Positions 37,637-47,569 of a stretch of DNA of 54,361 nucleotides are shown in pieces; the stretch's first letter is position 1, and each line of letters begins with the position of its first letter. The DNA is taken from positions 1 through 54,361 of the forward strand of contig JASHPV010000183.1 in assembly GCA_030037875.1 (NCBI GenBank), given 5' to 3'. The notes below the pieces were generated by a model. That model did no database searches. It worked only from the letters and a program-made list of their open reading frames with translations, and had not been told where the DNA came from. The DNA comes from Thermoplasmata archaeon. GTDB lineage: Archaea; Thermoplasmatota; Thermoplasmata; Lutacidiplasmatales; UBA184. Position numbers and translations under genes: made by a program.

Positions 37637-40600
37637 TCAAGTGGGAGCGACGGGGAAGGCGACCTTCAACATCTCAACCTCTCCCGGGGTCAAAAGTCGA
37701 GGGTTGACCGGCACCCACACCGCGGTCCCGGAGGCCTGGGCTCGCACGTGCAGCTCCCGGAGCAGTTTCAACACGGGCGCCAGCGTGTTGACCGTGACGA
37801 GGTACTCGAAGCCTTCGAGCAGCACCGCACTGACGTGGCCCTCTCCCAGCGCACTAACGAAGAGCGTCTCGAGCGCCGCGACGTCGCTTGGCCGCACCGA
37901 GTTCTGACGCCCGACATTGGAGAGCCAGATCACGGTGATGTCCCGAGTTCCGATGCGCCGGCGGAGCCGGTCCGGAAACTCTCGCGTGACGCAAAGACCC
38001 CGGCGGCCGACCGACACGGCATCGAGGAATCGGCTCCAGGCCGCGTCCGTGGTGTCCTCGACGAGGAGTTCGATGCCTTGATGGAGCAAGGACGTCGGCG
38101 CAGGTGCCGCTTCGGCCACGTCCGCGGACACGGGCGGTTTCCACGGGGGAAGCGGAACGGCTTCGGGTCGGGGAGCCGGCGGAGCCACTGCGCGGATCAC
38201 GGGAGGGGTCGCTGCGGGACCCGCGCGCGGGAGGGCGGGAGTGGAGACACTCGGCAGAGTCGGGACCGAGGCACTGGGAGACGCCGAGGAGATCGGTTCG
38301 GGCACCGTCGGTTCTGGGAGAGACTCCGGGGGCGCAGCCTCCGGTTCGGGAGCGGGCTCCGGCTCGGGAGGCTCAACGCGCGGGGGAGGCCAGACCCAGA
38401 TACGGTCCGGGACCGCTCCTCCGAAGTGGCGGACCACCTCCCGGGCGAGATACGGTCCGAATCCGGGCACGGTGACCAGCTTCTCGTACGGCGCGTGGGA
38501 AAGGGACTCGAAATCTGTGAATCCCGCGTCCCAGGCGGCGGCGAGCTTGGTGACACCCAAGTAGGGTGCGCCGACGGCCTGGTCGAGTTGCTCCAGCGTA
38601 CCGTGGAGGGTCGTCTCCCGGTTCCGTACCTCCTCACTCAAGAAATCCGGACCCTCGGACTCCACCGGTTCGAAGCGTACGGCCTGGCGCCCCCGTCGGC
38701 CAAGATGCCGGGAAACGCGGGCCTTGCGCCGTCCCACCGGTCGTGGGAGGCCCGGTACCCAGATCCGCCATCGCGTGCCGACCGCGGTCCGGCCATTCGT
38801 GGTCTCTCCAGGGATGAACCGCGTCCCGCTCGACACCGCCTCAAAGCGAGGTACGCGAAGAGACTGTGCAATCGCCACGGCATGGCTTCGGAGCTCCTCC
38901 TCGAGCGCCGGAGGCGCCTCGACCCAAACCTCCGTGATGTTCGAACCCGCCGGCGCGGAGGTCAGTCGTCGACGCGCCGAACGCACTACGCGGTACGCGT
39001 CGGGACCTAGCCCTAACATTAGGTCGAGCGCGGCGGAGCTGGTTCCTTGGGGGAGCTTGAGATACAGCTCTCCCTGGGGCGCCGGCAGCACCATCATCCC
39101 GGGAGGGAGCGCGTCGATCAGTTCGACCATCGACGGGAGCAGCTGTACGGGGCTCGCGCCGAGCACAACGCTGAGCGTCTGATTCCGCAGCGCCTCCTTG
39201 ACCCTCTTCCCGGGCATCTGAGAGACCAACGTGGCGATCCGCCCGGCGCTCGCCCGATAGACGCGCTGGAGCTCGGCCAGGTTCGGTTCGACGCGGATCT
39301 GGCGGCCTTCCCACGGGCGGGCCGGTGAGGCGATCTCGATGCTCTCGGTTGGAAGCACGCGCGTGAGAACGGGCAGCAGGGCCTGGAGTTCCGCGGCGAC
39401 CGCCTCGTCGCGCGCATTGACCACGACGCTGGCCCACCGAATCGAACGCGGCAACGACAGCCGGTGACGGGCCCGCTCGACGGCCAGGGCGATCGGAACG
39501 AGTCGGTCCAGCAGCTTCTCGGAGGCCGGATCGACGAGACTCTGTCGGACCGGGGCAAGCGGCGCCTCGAACAGGCTCCGGGCGTCGTCCCGAAGGGAAC
39601 GGTCGATGGCCTCCATGGTGAAGGGAGCGAAGGGGGCCCACAGCTGTGCGAGCCCAGACACCACGTAGACCAGCACTCGTTCAGCGGCCGTTTTGCCGGG
39701 GCTTTGAGCGGCCTCATCGAGGCGGCTTCGAGCGATCAGCAGGTACTGCTCCCGGAGGTCGTGGTCGGCGAACCGGGTGATGCGGTCGAGCGTTTGGGGG
39801 AACCGCCCCGCGGCCAATCCCGCCAGCGCGTCGGCCCGAAACCGTTCGAAGCGGGACACGAAGGCCCGGTCCTCTTCGGGCAACGAATCTCGGACCCGGG
39901 CGAGGGACTGGTCCCCGAGCGGAAGGCCGTCCCGAGCGAGGCTTCCGGAGAGCTGGTACGCCACTCGCCAAAATCTCCGTAGGTGCCGCACATCCTCGGC
40001 CACTACGGACGCGAGGGGGGAGGCAGCCCGGCGTCGGGTGGCCATCCGAACGAGAGCGCAGCGGACCGCGTCGACGGGAGCGGCCGGGTCCACGCGAGCC
40101 GAGGCCTCGTCCACGGAACCGGTCGGCACGAGGATGAGGCGAGTGTCGGCCGGACGCGCGGACGCCGCGAACTGGCCGACGAGGTGGGTCAACAGCAGTG
40201 GCCCCCTCCGCTGTTCGGGCAATAGCAGTCCGACCCCATTGTCCGTGGGAAATGGGTTCATGCGGGCCCATCGGTAGAGCGCCTCATTGAACACCGGAAG
40301 CAGACGCCGCCGTACTTCGACTCGAACGCCTCCACAGGAGCATTTGGGACCCGTCCCCGCCGGTGCGAGCCGTGAGCAGCTTCCACACTCTTGGAGGGCC
40401 GGGTACGCGGGGTCCTCGGTGGTCCGTGCGTCGGTCGCCGGCCAAGGCACCACCTCCGACGCCAAGGGTAGCGCCTCCCCGGGCAGAAGCTGCTTGAAAA
40501 GGTACAACGTTTCGGCGTCGATCCGGTCCGGTTCCAGCCTCCACGCCCGGCCGGGCCTCCAGAAGAGACCGGTCCCGCAGTCCCCGCACCGCGGAACTCC

Positions 40601-41686
40601 GTGCCGGACGCGCAACTGAGCGAAGATGAGGGCACCGTCGTTCAGATCCCGCAGGATGAACGCCTCGGCGGTATCCACGGGGAGGCCCTGGTACTTGTGT
40701 GCCGATTGTCCTTCCAATCTCCCGTTAGCCGAGAGGACCGGCCATCCCGGGATCTCGAGTTTTTCGGCGATGCGCGCGTCCGACGCCCCGTGTGCCGGGG
40801 TCAAGGTGACGATGCCGGTACCGCTGTCTCCCACCTCGACCGACGTCTGGAGGAGCCCTCCCGGGCTGAGCAACGAGTAGAGTGGAGGGTACTCCGAGCC
40901 CAAGGGATGGACGTACGCCCGACCCTGCCAGGAGGCGCCGGGGTGCTCCTCGAGCACCTCGATCTCGGAATCGGGGAGCCACGCCCGGAGACGGTCCAAG
41001 CTGGATTTGCTGGTGAGAACCCTCTCTTCCGACCCCCGCCGGGTGAATTTTGCGATAACGTACGGCAGGGTCGGATTCAGGAGCACCGCCGTCGTGCCGA
41101 GAAGTTTCCAGGCCGAGTCCGTCCACACCAACGCGTCGACCCGGGGCTCGGTGTCGCGCAGGGCGAACCGGACGAGGTAAGCGGGACCCTCCTCGTCCAC
41201 GTAAACGAGGTTCGCAGGTCCCTTCGGCTCGCGGCAACGAGGACACCAACGGAGCGGGCCTTCCTTGGCGACCAGGACATTGGTCTCGGCCAACCGGCCA
41301 AGCATCCCATCCACGATCGTGGTGAGCTCCGGACGGACCGTCGGTTCCAGCGCACCATGGCCGTACCAGAGTCCCAACCCCTCCCACTGGGCCGCGGCCG
41401 TGGGGGGCACGCCCTCGCCGGGTCGGGTCCCGAACAGGACCGGTCCCGTGGCGGTTCGCTCGAGGAGAAGCTGCGCCCGCGCGGCCACGTCGGCGAGCAG
41501 CCCTCGCTGGAGCAACGGGAGAGGAACCTCCCCCCGAGACGGAATCCCGCCGATGGAGAGGTGCGTCGGAGGCCCCCCGCGATCCGGCCGGTCGTCCGGC
41601 CCCGGCGGCAGCCCCCGCCCCGACCAGAGCTCCCGGGCCTCGCTCTCGACCGCGTGGGGATCCAATACTGGGGCCAACGCGCGCAA
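37637..41686 (-). CDS. Degenerate isoleucyl-tRNA synthetase paralog fused to HhH, Pro-rich linker and DUF835
   Basis: Collinear IleRS landmarks (WCPRC, LVWT..W.L, GTGIV...PAHG..D, P.C..C.T.L, DR...SR, APF.PF..E); HIGH and KMSKS absent; C-terminal GLC.TR.FP..W.S...LLEG.EYL...N. Confidence 0.85.
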   Translation of the reverse strand: MRALAPVLDPHAVESEARELWSGRGLPPGPDDRPDRGGPPTHLSIGGIPSRGEVPLPLLQRGLLADVAARAQLLLERTATGPVLFGTRPGEGVPPTAAAQWEGLGLWYGHGALEPTVRPELTTIVDGMLGRLAETNVLVAKEGPLRWCPRCREPKGPANLVYVDEEGPAYLVRFALRDTEPRVDALVWTDSAWKLLGTTAVLLNPTLPYVIAKFTRRGSEERVLTSKSSLDRLRAWLPDSEIEVLEEHPGASWQGRAYVHPLGSEYPPLYSLLSPGGLLQTSVEVGDSGTGIVTLTPAHGASDARIAEKLEIPGWPVLSANGRLEGQSAHKYQGLPVDTAEAFILRDLNDGALIFAQLRVRHGVPRCGDCGTGLFWRPGRAWRLEPDRIDAETLYLFKQLLPGEALPLASEVVPWPATDARTTEDPAYPALQECGSCSRLAPAGTGPKCSCGGVRVEVRRRLLPVFNEALYRWARMNPFPTDNGVGLLLPEQRRGPLLLTHLVGQFAASARPADTRLILVPTGSVDEASARVDPAAPVDAVRCALVRMATRRRAASPLASVVAEDVRHLRRFWRVAYQLSGSLARDGLPLGDQSLARVRDSLPEEDRAFVSRFERFRADALAGLAAGRFPQTLDRITRFADHDLREQYLLIARSRLDEAAQSPGKTAAERVLVYVVSGLAQLWAPFAPFTMEAIDRSLRDDARSLFEAPLAPVRQSLVDPASEKLLDRLVPIALAVERARHRLSLPRSIRWASVVVNARDEAVAAELQALLPVLTRVLPTESIEIASPARPWEGRQIRVEPNLAELQRVYRASAGRIATLVSQMPGKRVKEALRNQTLSVVLGASPVQLLPSMVELIDALPPGMMVLPAPQGELYLKLPQGTSSAALDLMLGLGPDAYRVVRSARRRLTSAPAGSNITEVWVEAPPALEEELRSHAVAIAQSLRVPRFEAVSSGTRFIPGETTNGRTAVGTRWRIWVPGLPRPVGRRKARVSRHLGRRGRQAVRFEPVESEGPDFLSEEVRNRETTLHGTLEQLDQAVGAPYLGVTKLAAAWDAGFTDFESLSHAPYEKLVTVPGFGPYLAREVVRHFGGAVPDRIWVWPPPRVEPPEPEPAPEPEAAPPESLPEPTVPEPISSASPSASVPTLPSVSTPALPRAGPAATPPVIRAVAPPAPRPEAVPLPPWKPPVSADVAEAAPAPTSLLHQGIELLVEDTTDAAWSRFLDAVSVGRRGLCVTREFPDRLRRRIGTRDITVIWLSNVGRQNSVRPSDVAALETLFVSALGEGHVSAVLLEGFEYLVTVNTLAPVLKLLRELHVRAQASGTAVWVPVNPRLLTPGEVEMLKVAFPVAPT

Positions 41687-41834
41687 GGTACTGCCCGGAC
41701 GCTCCGAGATGCTCCGGCGAGAATGATGCGCGGTCGCGAACCTTAAGGATTGCTGGCAACGGTCGAGTGCCCGGGCTGCGCGTCACCGACAACTCTTATC
41801 ATTCGGCTCGCGTCCGCGGCGTCGGGGCAACGAA

Positions 41835-42221
41835 ATGGCGTGGACGACGGCCGAGGTCCGGGAACTCAAGGAGGGCCGGTACCTCCTCCTGGATGACGAA
41901 CCGTGCCGGATCCTCTCGATCCAAACCTCCAAACCGGGGAAGCACGGGGAAGCGAAGGCGCGCATCGATGCGGTGGGGATATTCGATGGCGCCAAGCGCA
42001 GCGTAGTGTTCCCGGTCAAGCACAAGGTCCAGGTGCCGATGATCGGCAAGCACCAGGCCCAGGTGCTCTCGCTCACGGGCTCGGAGGTCCAGCTAATGGA
42101 CCTCGAGACGTACGAGACATTCTCCCTGACGTTGGAACCCGACCAGAAGGGCGAACTCACCCCGGGCACCGAGGTCCAATACCTCGACGCGATGGGAAAG
42201 CGTCGCATCACCCGGAACTGA
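41835..42221 (+). CDS. eif5a: Translation factor aIF5A
   Basis: [13 protein letters not shown] hypusine loop; [11 protein letters not shown]. Confidence 0.97.
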   Translation: MAWTTAEVRELKEGRYLLLDDEPCRILSIQTSKPGKHGEAKARIDAVGIFDGAKRSVVFPVKHKVQVPMIGKHQAQVLSLTGSEVQLMDLETYETFSLTLEPDQKGELTPGTEVQYLDAMGKRRITRN

Positions 42222-42261
42222 AGCGCCGGCCCTCTCCACTATCGTTCGGCCGGGGTCGCAC

Positions 42262-42269
42262 TTTATAAA
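42262..42269 (+). promoter_or_regulatory. TATA box upstream of the large helical-repeat gene
   Basis: TTTATAAA consensus in intergenic DNA. Confidence 0.55.
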
Positions 42270-42350
42270 GCGGACCGTCCATCATTTTCGATGCGGGGTG
42301 CCTAGCCGTCCGGCAAGGGTCCGCGTCGCTTGGGGGATCGAGGGTTCGGC

Positions 42351-45300
42351 ATGGCAGGACTCGGCTCGCTTTCCTCCTCCCGGCTCACCAAGTTGCTCCA
42401 AGAAAAAGCGGAGCAGCTCAAGAAACGGCGCGAAACGGCCGAAGCCGTCTTCAACGAGATCGAGGCTCGAGCGGAGCTCCTCTCCGCGGTCGGAGTGACC
42501 CTCCCCGACCTCGCCAGCAAGATTCCACCCCTGCGCGAGCTGCAACGAAAGGCCGACTGGGAGGCCCTCGAGACCCAGGCGAAGAGCGTCCTGGCCGAGA
42601 TGGAACAGGCGGCGCGGGAGCCCGTCGAAGAACGGCAAGCCGCCTTGGTGAAGCGCGCAGACCGTGTCGCTCTCGTGGGGAATCCCCTCCCCGCCGAGGC
42701 CCGGGCCTTGCTGGACGAGGTGGGACCCAAGATCCGCGAAGGGCAGTGGCGAGAGGCGTTCGAGCGGTTGGCCGCGATCGAGGAGGCTCTCGCCGGCCTC
42801 GAAAAGGCATACGAGACCAGCCTGTCGGACCGGGTTCGTTCCTTCGTTCGATGGGCGACGGGTGACGACGCCGTTCCACCCGCGCTGGAGACCGAGGTCC
42901 AACCGGTTCTCGCGGACTTGAAGGGCGCGAACCCGGAACCGGCTCAGAAGCAACTCGCCGAGATTCTGGAGCGGGAATTCCCTCAAGCCGTCGAGCGGCG
43001 CACCGGGGTACGCGAGAGCGCGGAAAGAGCTGTCCCTGCGGCCCGTGAGCTGGGCGCTTCCACGGGGGGTATCGAAGCCGCGCTCGAGGCGGACAAGCGC
43101 TCGTTCATCCTGGATTGGCCCCAGAGCGTCACGTTGGTCGAGCAGGCGATCGAGGGCCTCCAAACCATCCTGAGGGACCGCGTGGCCTCGACGATCGGCT
43201 CCCTCCGAGACACCCTGGAGTCGCTTCGAACGCAGGGCGTCGACCCCAACGAAGCGCTCGCATCTCTGGAACAGATATCCGCCCAACTGAGCACCGCGAA
43301 GAGCTACGACCTGCCGGGACTGGTGGCCACCGCCCGGGAAGCCGCCGAGGGACCCGTCGTTGCTGTCGTGGCTGGGGTGCTCGACGAAGTGCGGCCCCGG
43401 TTGGTCGAGGCCAGGCGCCTGGGCCGTGATCCGAGTGACGTCTTCGCCGCGATGAATCGCGCCCGGGAGGCATTGCGCCTCCGGATCTACGGGGAGGCCA
43501 TCGCGGCCAGTCAGGAGGCGCTCGAACGGGTCAGTACCCTCATCCAGGACATCGAGGGGGTTCGTTCGGAGGCGGAGTCGGTACGCGACATGCTGTCCCG
43601 GCTAGCGAAAAATGGCTTCGCGACGGCTCCGTTCGATGCGCAGATCACCCGCTCGCTCCAGGCGCTCGACCTCGGCGACCTCTCCGGGGCTCGTCGGCTG
43701 CTCCAGGAATCGATTTCCTCGCTGGGCCGAGATGCGGTGGCGCATTTCCAGGGCCGATTGACCAATCTCTCCCAATCTGTCGCCATCGCCAAGGAACGGG
43801 GGTTCCTGCCCCCGGAGGTCGAGGCCGCGGAGCAACAGGCACGCGTGGCGCTCGACGGGGGACGGCTCGCGGACGCCGGAGCGCTGCTCGGACAGATCGA
43901 TGCGGACCTGCGGGCCGCCGCCGCACCGTACATGTCTCGCCGACTCGAGGAGATGGAGAAAGGGCTCGCCGAGATCCCCGAGGAACAAGCGGTGACCCCC
44001 GTCCGCTCCTCGATGGCGGACGCCGACGTGAACCTCCGAGTCAAGGAGGACCTGTCCGCCTCCCTAGACTGCCTTCGGCGGGCCGAGCGGGAATTCTCTG
44101 CGGTCTTCGCGGCGCGTGCCTCGTCGCTCGTCGAGGCCCTAGCGCAGGAACGCCGGGTTCTGGAGGAGATGGGAGGGACGGGCGATGCGATCCAGCGGGA
44201 GATCGACGAAGTCGAGCAGATCTTCAACATGGGCGACTTCGTCAAGGCCTCGAGGGCCGCCCAGGAGATCCGGACGCGGACCCTTCAGCAGCAGCTCGTT
44301 CGTAGCGAAGAGGCCGTTTCTCACGCGAAGCTGGCGCTAATCGAACTGGAGACAATGGGGCTCGATGTCTCTGCTCTTCGGACGGATCTCGAACTGGCCC
44401 AAGAGGCGGCCCGGAGTTCGAAGCATGCCGAAGCTTTCAAGGTCTCCGAGGCCACCGCCTCCACGGCCCGGAAACTCAAGACCGAAGCCCAGGAAGTCCT
44501 GGACCTGTTGGCCGAGACGGGGGAGCAGCACGCGGCCCTCGCCAAGCTGGGCCAGTCCGTCGAGGAGTACCGCGCGTCCGTTCAGGAAGCCAAGCAGGCG
44601 TACCAGTCGCTCGACTTTCCCCATGCCCGGGCCGTTCTCGCGCAACTCCGCGAGGAGCTGCAGAGCACGAGTCTGCGGACGGAGGCGGTCCGGCTACTCG
44701 CGGAGGCCAAGCTGGTCGTGGAGGACGGTCGCCGTCTCTCGGTTCCGATGGATGCCGCCATGGAACGGGTGGGTCACGTATCCAAGCTGTTGGAGGAAGG
44801 CCATCTCCGCGAGGCCGCGGCCGAGATTCGGTCCGTGCACGCCGAGCTCATCTCGCTGGTACGGCCGGTGCTGGAAGAGAACCTGCGAGCGGTGGAGAGC
44901 GACGCCGATACGGCCCGCGGCATCGGCCTCGACGTGGCAGCGGTGGCCGCGACGCTCGGGGAGGCGCGGCGTCGACTCAGCCAGCCCGTGCCGACCGGCG
45001 TGGCGCCGCTGATCGAGAGTGCCCGTTCCCAGTTCTTCGAGAGCCGGGGATTCCTGGAGCATTCCGACCGTGTGCTGCGGCGAGCCTCGGACGCACTCAA
45101 TCAGGCGGAACTGGTCCGCGTCGACGTGGCCCAGCCGCGCGAGCGACTCCGGAAGGTCCAAGAACTGATTGGCCAACGGGAGTACCCGAGGGCGATCGAG
45201 CAAGCGTCGTCCCTCGAACGGGAGCTCACCCAGGCCACGACCCAGCAGGTGTCCCGGTCGCTGGCCGGATTCCAGGGCCTGGTCGCTCGGGCCCGACAGC

Positions 45301-46814
45301 AAGGGGTCGACACAACCCTGGCAGAGAATTTCCTCCAGCAGGCGCGCGCGGCGCTCGACAATTCGCAACCGATCGAGGCCCTCCAGCTCGCGGCCCGGGC
45401 CGAGAGCGAAATCGAACGGGTCGAACTCCAGCACTCCATCGCCCAGGGCTCCCTCGAGACGATGGAACGAAAGCTGAGCGCGGCGGAGAAGGACGGCGTC
45501 GTCGCTCCCGCCGCCTCGGAGGAACTCGGCCGGGCCCGCACCGCGTTCGCGCGGCACGACTACGTCGAGGTTCTCGAGATGACACTGGCCACGTCCGACT
45601 CGCTCGCCATCGCCCGGGAGTACCACCGACGAGCCATGGAAGCGATCGAGGTGGCCGACCGGCACGTCAAGGAGGCCGGACATCTCTCGGCGGAGGTCTC
45701 CGAAGCCGCCGCCACATTGGCCTCGGCACGCGAGCTGGCGACCGCGGGCCAGTACGTGGACGCGATCCGGCGCGCTCGGGAGGGGTCCGAGAAAGCGCGT
45801 TGGGCCACCGAACGTCTCTACTCCGGCGGACTCGAAGAGGCCCGCCGGCTGCTTGAACTCGCCCAACGATGGGTACCCGATGCGGCACCCCAGATCGCTA
45901 CTAATGTGGACGACGCCGAAGCCGCGCTTAAGGCTCGTGAGTGGAACCGGGTCACCGACCGACTTCGCCGCGCGCGCGAGCTCGCCGACCTCTCGCTCGG
46001 AGGCGCGCTGGACGCCCGTCAGGACACCCTGCGTGGGCAGTACGATCGCATCCTCGGCGTCGATGCCGCCGAGAAGGATCGCCGCGCCGAGGTACTGCGC
46101 CGGCTTTCGGAGCTACGGGGCCGGCATGCCTATACCGACGCCTTCGAAACCGCTCGAGAGGAGGAGACGCGCCTCGCCGATACCCGCGTGACGGAACTGC
46201 GCCGCCGGACGAAGGACCTCGAGGATAGCCTCCTCGTCGGCGAGAAGCTCGGCCTCGACACCACGCCGGTCATGCAGCTGTTCAGCGAGGCGAAGATCGC
46301 CCTGCAGGCCGGGAAGGTCGATCCGGTGGGAGCCCTGCTCGACAAGGCGATGGCGCTCCTGGGCACCATCGTGAAGCCCCGCGTGTCGGACAAGCTGCGG
46401 GACGTCCGCGCCGAGTACGTGTTCGCCCGGGACGGTCTCAACGTGAACCTCGGAACCGTCGGGGAGATCCTGGATGGAATCCCCCGCCTCGTCGAACGTG
46501 GGGAGCTCGTGGATGCGGCCCGGATGCTGCTGAGCTGCGAGGAGCAGGTCAACCAGCGGAAGGCGCAGCAGCGCGAATTGACGAACCTGCACTATCTCGT
46601 CGACGCCGCCCTGTCCCAGGCCCGGGAAAAGGGCTTGGACACCACGAAGGCCCAGGAGTTGCTGTCGGCCTCGATACAGGCGCGGAGCACGGATTATGGC
46701 GTGGCGCTCGAAAAGGCCCGACAGGCCCATGAGACGCTCAAGGCCCTGCTGAAGCCCCCGGAGGCGCCCAGCACGTTCTGGCCGTTCCGTCGCGCTCCCG
46801 GGAGCGGGACCTAG
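42351..46814 (+). CDS. Large all-alpha helical-repeat/coiled-coil protein (~1487 aa)
   Basis: A/E/L/R-rich, recurrent xG(V/L)D turn, no Walker motifs, no TM. Confidence 0.85.
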   Translation: MAGLGSLSSSRLTKLLQEKAEQLKKRRETAEAVFNEIEARAELLSAVGVTLPDLASKIPPLRELQRKADWEALETQAKSVLAEMEQAAREPVEERQAALVKRADRVALVGNPLPAEARALLDEVGPKIREGQWREAFERLAAIEEALAGLEKAYETSLSDRVRSFVRWATGDDAVPPALETEVQPVLADLKGANPEPAQKQLAEILEREFPQAVERRTGVRESAERAVPAARELGASTGGIEAALEADKRSFILDWPQSVTLVEQAIEGLQTILRDRVASTIGSLRDTLESLRTQGVDPNEALASLEQISAQLSTAKSYDLPGLVATAREAAEGPVVAVVAGVLDEVRPRLVEARRLGRDPSDVFAAMNRAREALRLRIYGEAIAASQEALERVSTLIQDIEGVRSEAESVRDMLSRLAKNGFATAPFDAQITRSLQALDLGDLSGARRLLQESISSLGRDAVAHFQGRLTNLSQSVAIAKERGFLPPEVEAAEQQARVALDGGRLADAGALLGQIDADLRAAAAPYMSRRLEEMEKGLAEIPEEQAVTPVRSSMADADVNLRVKEDLSASLDCLRRAEREFSAVFAARASSLVEALAQERRVLEEMGGTGDAIQREIDEVEQIFNMGDFVKASRAAQEIRTRTLQQQLVRSEEAVSHAKLALIELETMGLDVSALRTDLELAQEAARSSKHAEAFKVSEATASTARKLKTEAQEVLDLLAETGEQHAALAKLGQSVEEYRASVQEAKQAYQSLDFPHARAVLAQLREELQSTSLRTEAVRLLAEAKLVVEDGRRLSVPMDAAMERVGHVSKLLEEGHLREAAAEIRSVHAELISLVRPVLEENLRAVESDADTARGIGLDVAAVAATLGEARRRLSQPVPTGVAPLIESARSQFFESRGFLEHSDRVLRRASDALNQAELVRVDVAQPRERLRKVQELIGQREYPRAIEQASSLERELTQATTQQVSRSLAGFQGLVARARQQGVDTTLAENFLQQARAALDNSQPIEALQLAARAESEIERVELQHSIAQGSLETMERKLSAAEKDGVVAPAASEELGRARTAFARHDYVEVLEMTLATSDSLAIAREYHRRAMEAIEVADRHVKEAGHLSAEVSEAAATLASARELATAGQYVDAIRRAREGSEKARWATERLYSGGLEEARRLLELAQRWVPDAAPQIATNVDDAEAALKAREWNRVTDRLRRARELADLSLGGALDARQDTLRGQYDRILGVDAAEKDRRAEVLRRLSELRGRHAYTDAFETAREEETRLADTRVTELRRRTKDLEDSLLVGEKLGLDTTPVMQLFSEAKIALQAGKVDPVGALLDKAMALLGTIVKPRVSDKLRDVRAEYVFARDGLNVNLGTVGEILDGIPRLVERGELVDAARMLLSCEEQVNQRKAQQRELTNLHYLVDAALSQAREKGLDTTKAQELLSASIQARSTDYGVALEKARQAHETLKALLKPPEAPSTFWPFRRAPGSGT

Positions 46815-46830
46815 GGCTCTCAGAAGGGTT

Positions 46831-47271
46831 TCATTCGGGCGGGAGCAAGCCGCTCCCCGGCGGAAGTCCCCGGACCGCACCGAGCTGCAACCGGTCATAC
46901 TCGACCGAGTGCTTGATGGAACGTCGCCTCAGCAAGGCGGAGACTTGCTCCGTAATCTGGACGACCTCCTGCGCTCGGAAAGCCTTGTAAAAGTAGAACT
47001 CCGGTCGACCGTCGGCCGGGATGGGAAAGATGAGTCGAATACCGGCCGCATCTTGCCGGTTGTACCCCGCCGGTTTTCGGTCTCGCTTGAGGTCTCGCAA
47101 GTTCTCGTCGAGCAGCACCTCGGGAAGAAGCGGCTCGGCCTCCTTCATGAATGGTCGATTGGCCTCGACGACCCGTTTGTGGATCTCCGGGTAGATCCGG
47201 ACGAGGTCCTTGTAGCTCCGGCGACCTTCGAGGATAATGTGCCCGCTACGCGCTTTGACGGGGGGAGTCAC
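46831..47271 (-). CDS. Hypothetical protein
   Basis: Protein-like composition in an otherwise empty interval; CATATA element upstream on the minus strand. Confidence 0.65.
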   Translation of the reverse strand: MTPPVKARSGHIILEGRRSYKDLVRIYPEIHKRVVEANRPFMKEAEPLLPEVLLDENLRDLKRDRKPAGYNRQDAAGIRLIFPIPADGRPEFYFYKAFRAQEVVQITEQVSALLRRRSIKHSVEYDRLQLGAVRGLPPGSGLLPPE

Positions 47272-47395
47272 GGCCGTTGACAGCTGTGCGCGGTATATGG
47301 CGGTCGCGGCGGTGTCCGGAACGGTGCACGCGGGATGTTGTTCGCTCTGCCGGCGAAAGCCTCAAAGAGGCTCCATCCTAACCGCCGCCGGGCGC

Positions 47396-47498
47396 GCTCC
47401 CGTAGTCTAGTGGTCAAGGATAGAGGCCTCTCGAGCCTCTGACGCGGGTTCAAATCTGCGCCGGACCGGTCCGGCCGGTGAAACTCCCGCCGGGAGCA
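47396..47498 (+). tRNA. trnE: tRNA-Glu(CTC) with 30-nt intron at position 59/60 (intron 47455-47484)
   Basis: Acceptor GCTCCCG/CGGGAGC+A, anticodon stem GAGGC/GCCTC with CTC at 47430-47432, T stem GCGGG/CCCGC. Intron removal restores TTCAAAT. CCA not encoded. Confidence 0.93.
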
Positions 47499-47569
47499 TG
47501 CCCATGCCAACTAAAGGGTCGTCCCGCACGGCGACAAGGACATCCCATTGGACTCAAGGGTCCCACCAG

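Noticed and set aside
37637-41686. Functional ileS or simple pseudogene
   Set aside because: HIGH and KMSKS are missing, yet the frame is intact with selectively retained motifs and extra domains
42351-46814. SMC/Rad50 call for the large coiled protein
   Set aside because: No Walker A/B, signature motif, hinge or zinc hook
47485-47498. att-site duplication of the tRNA 3' end
   Set aside because: No second copy noticed in the window and no integrase
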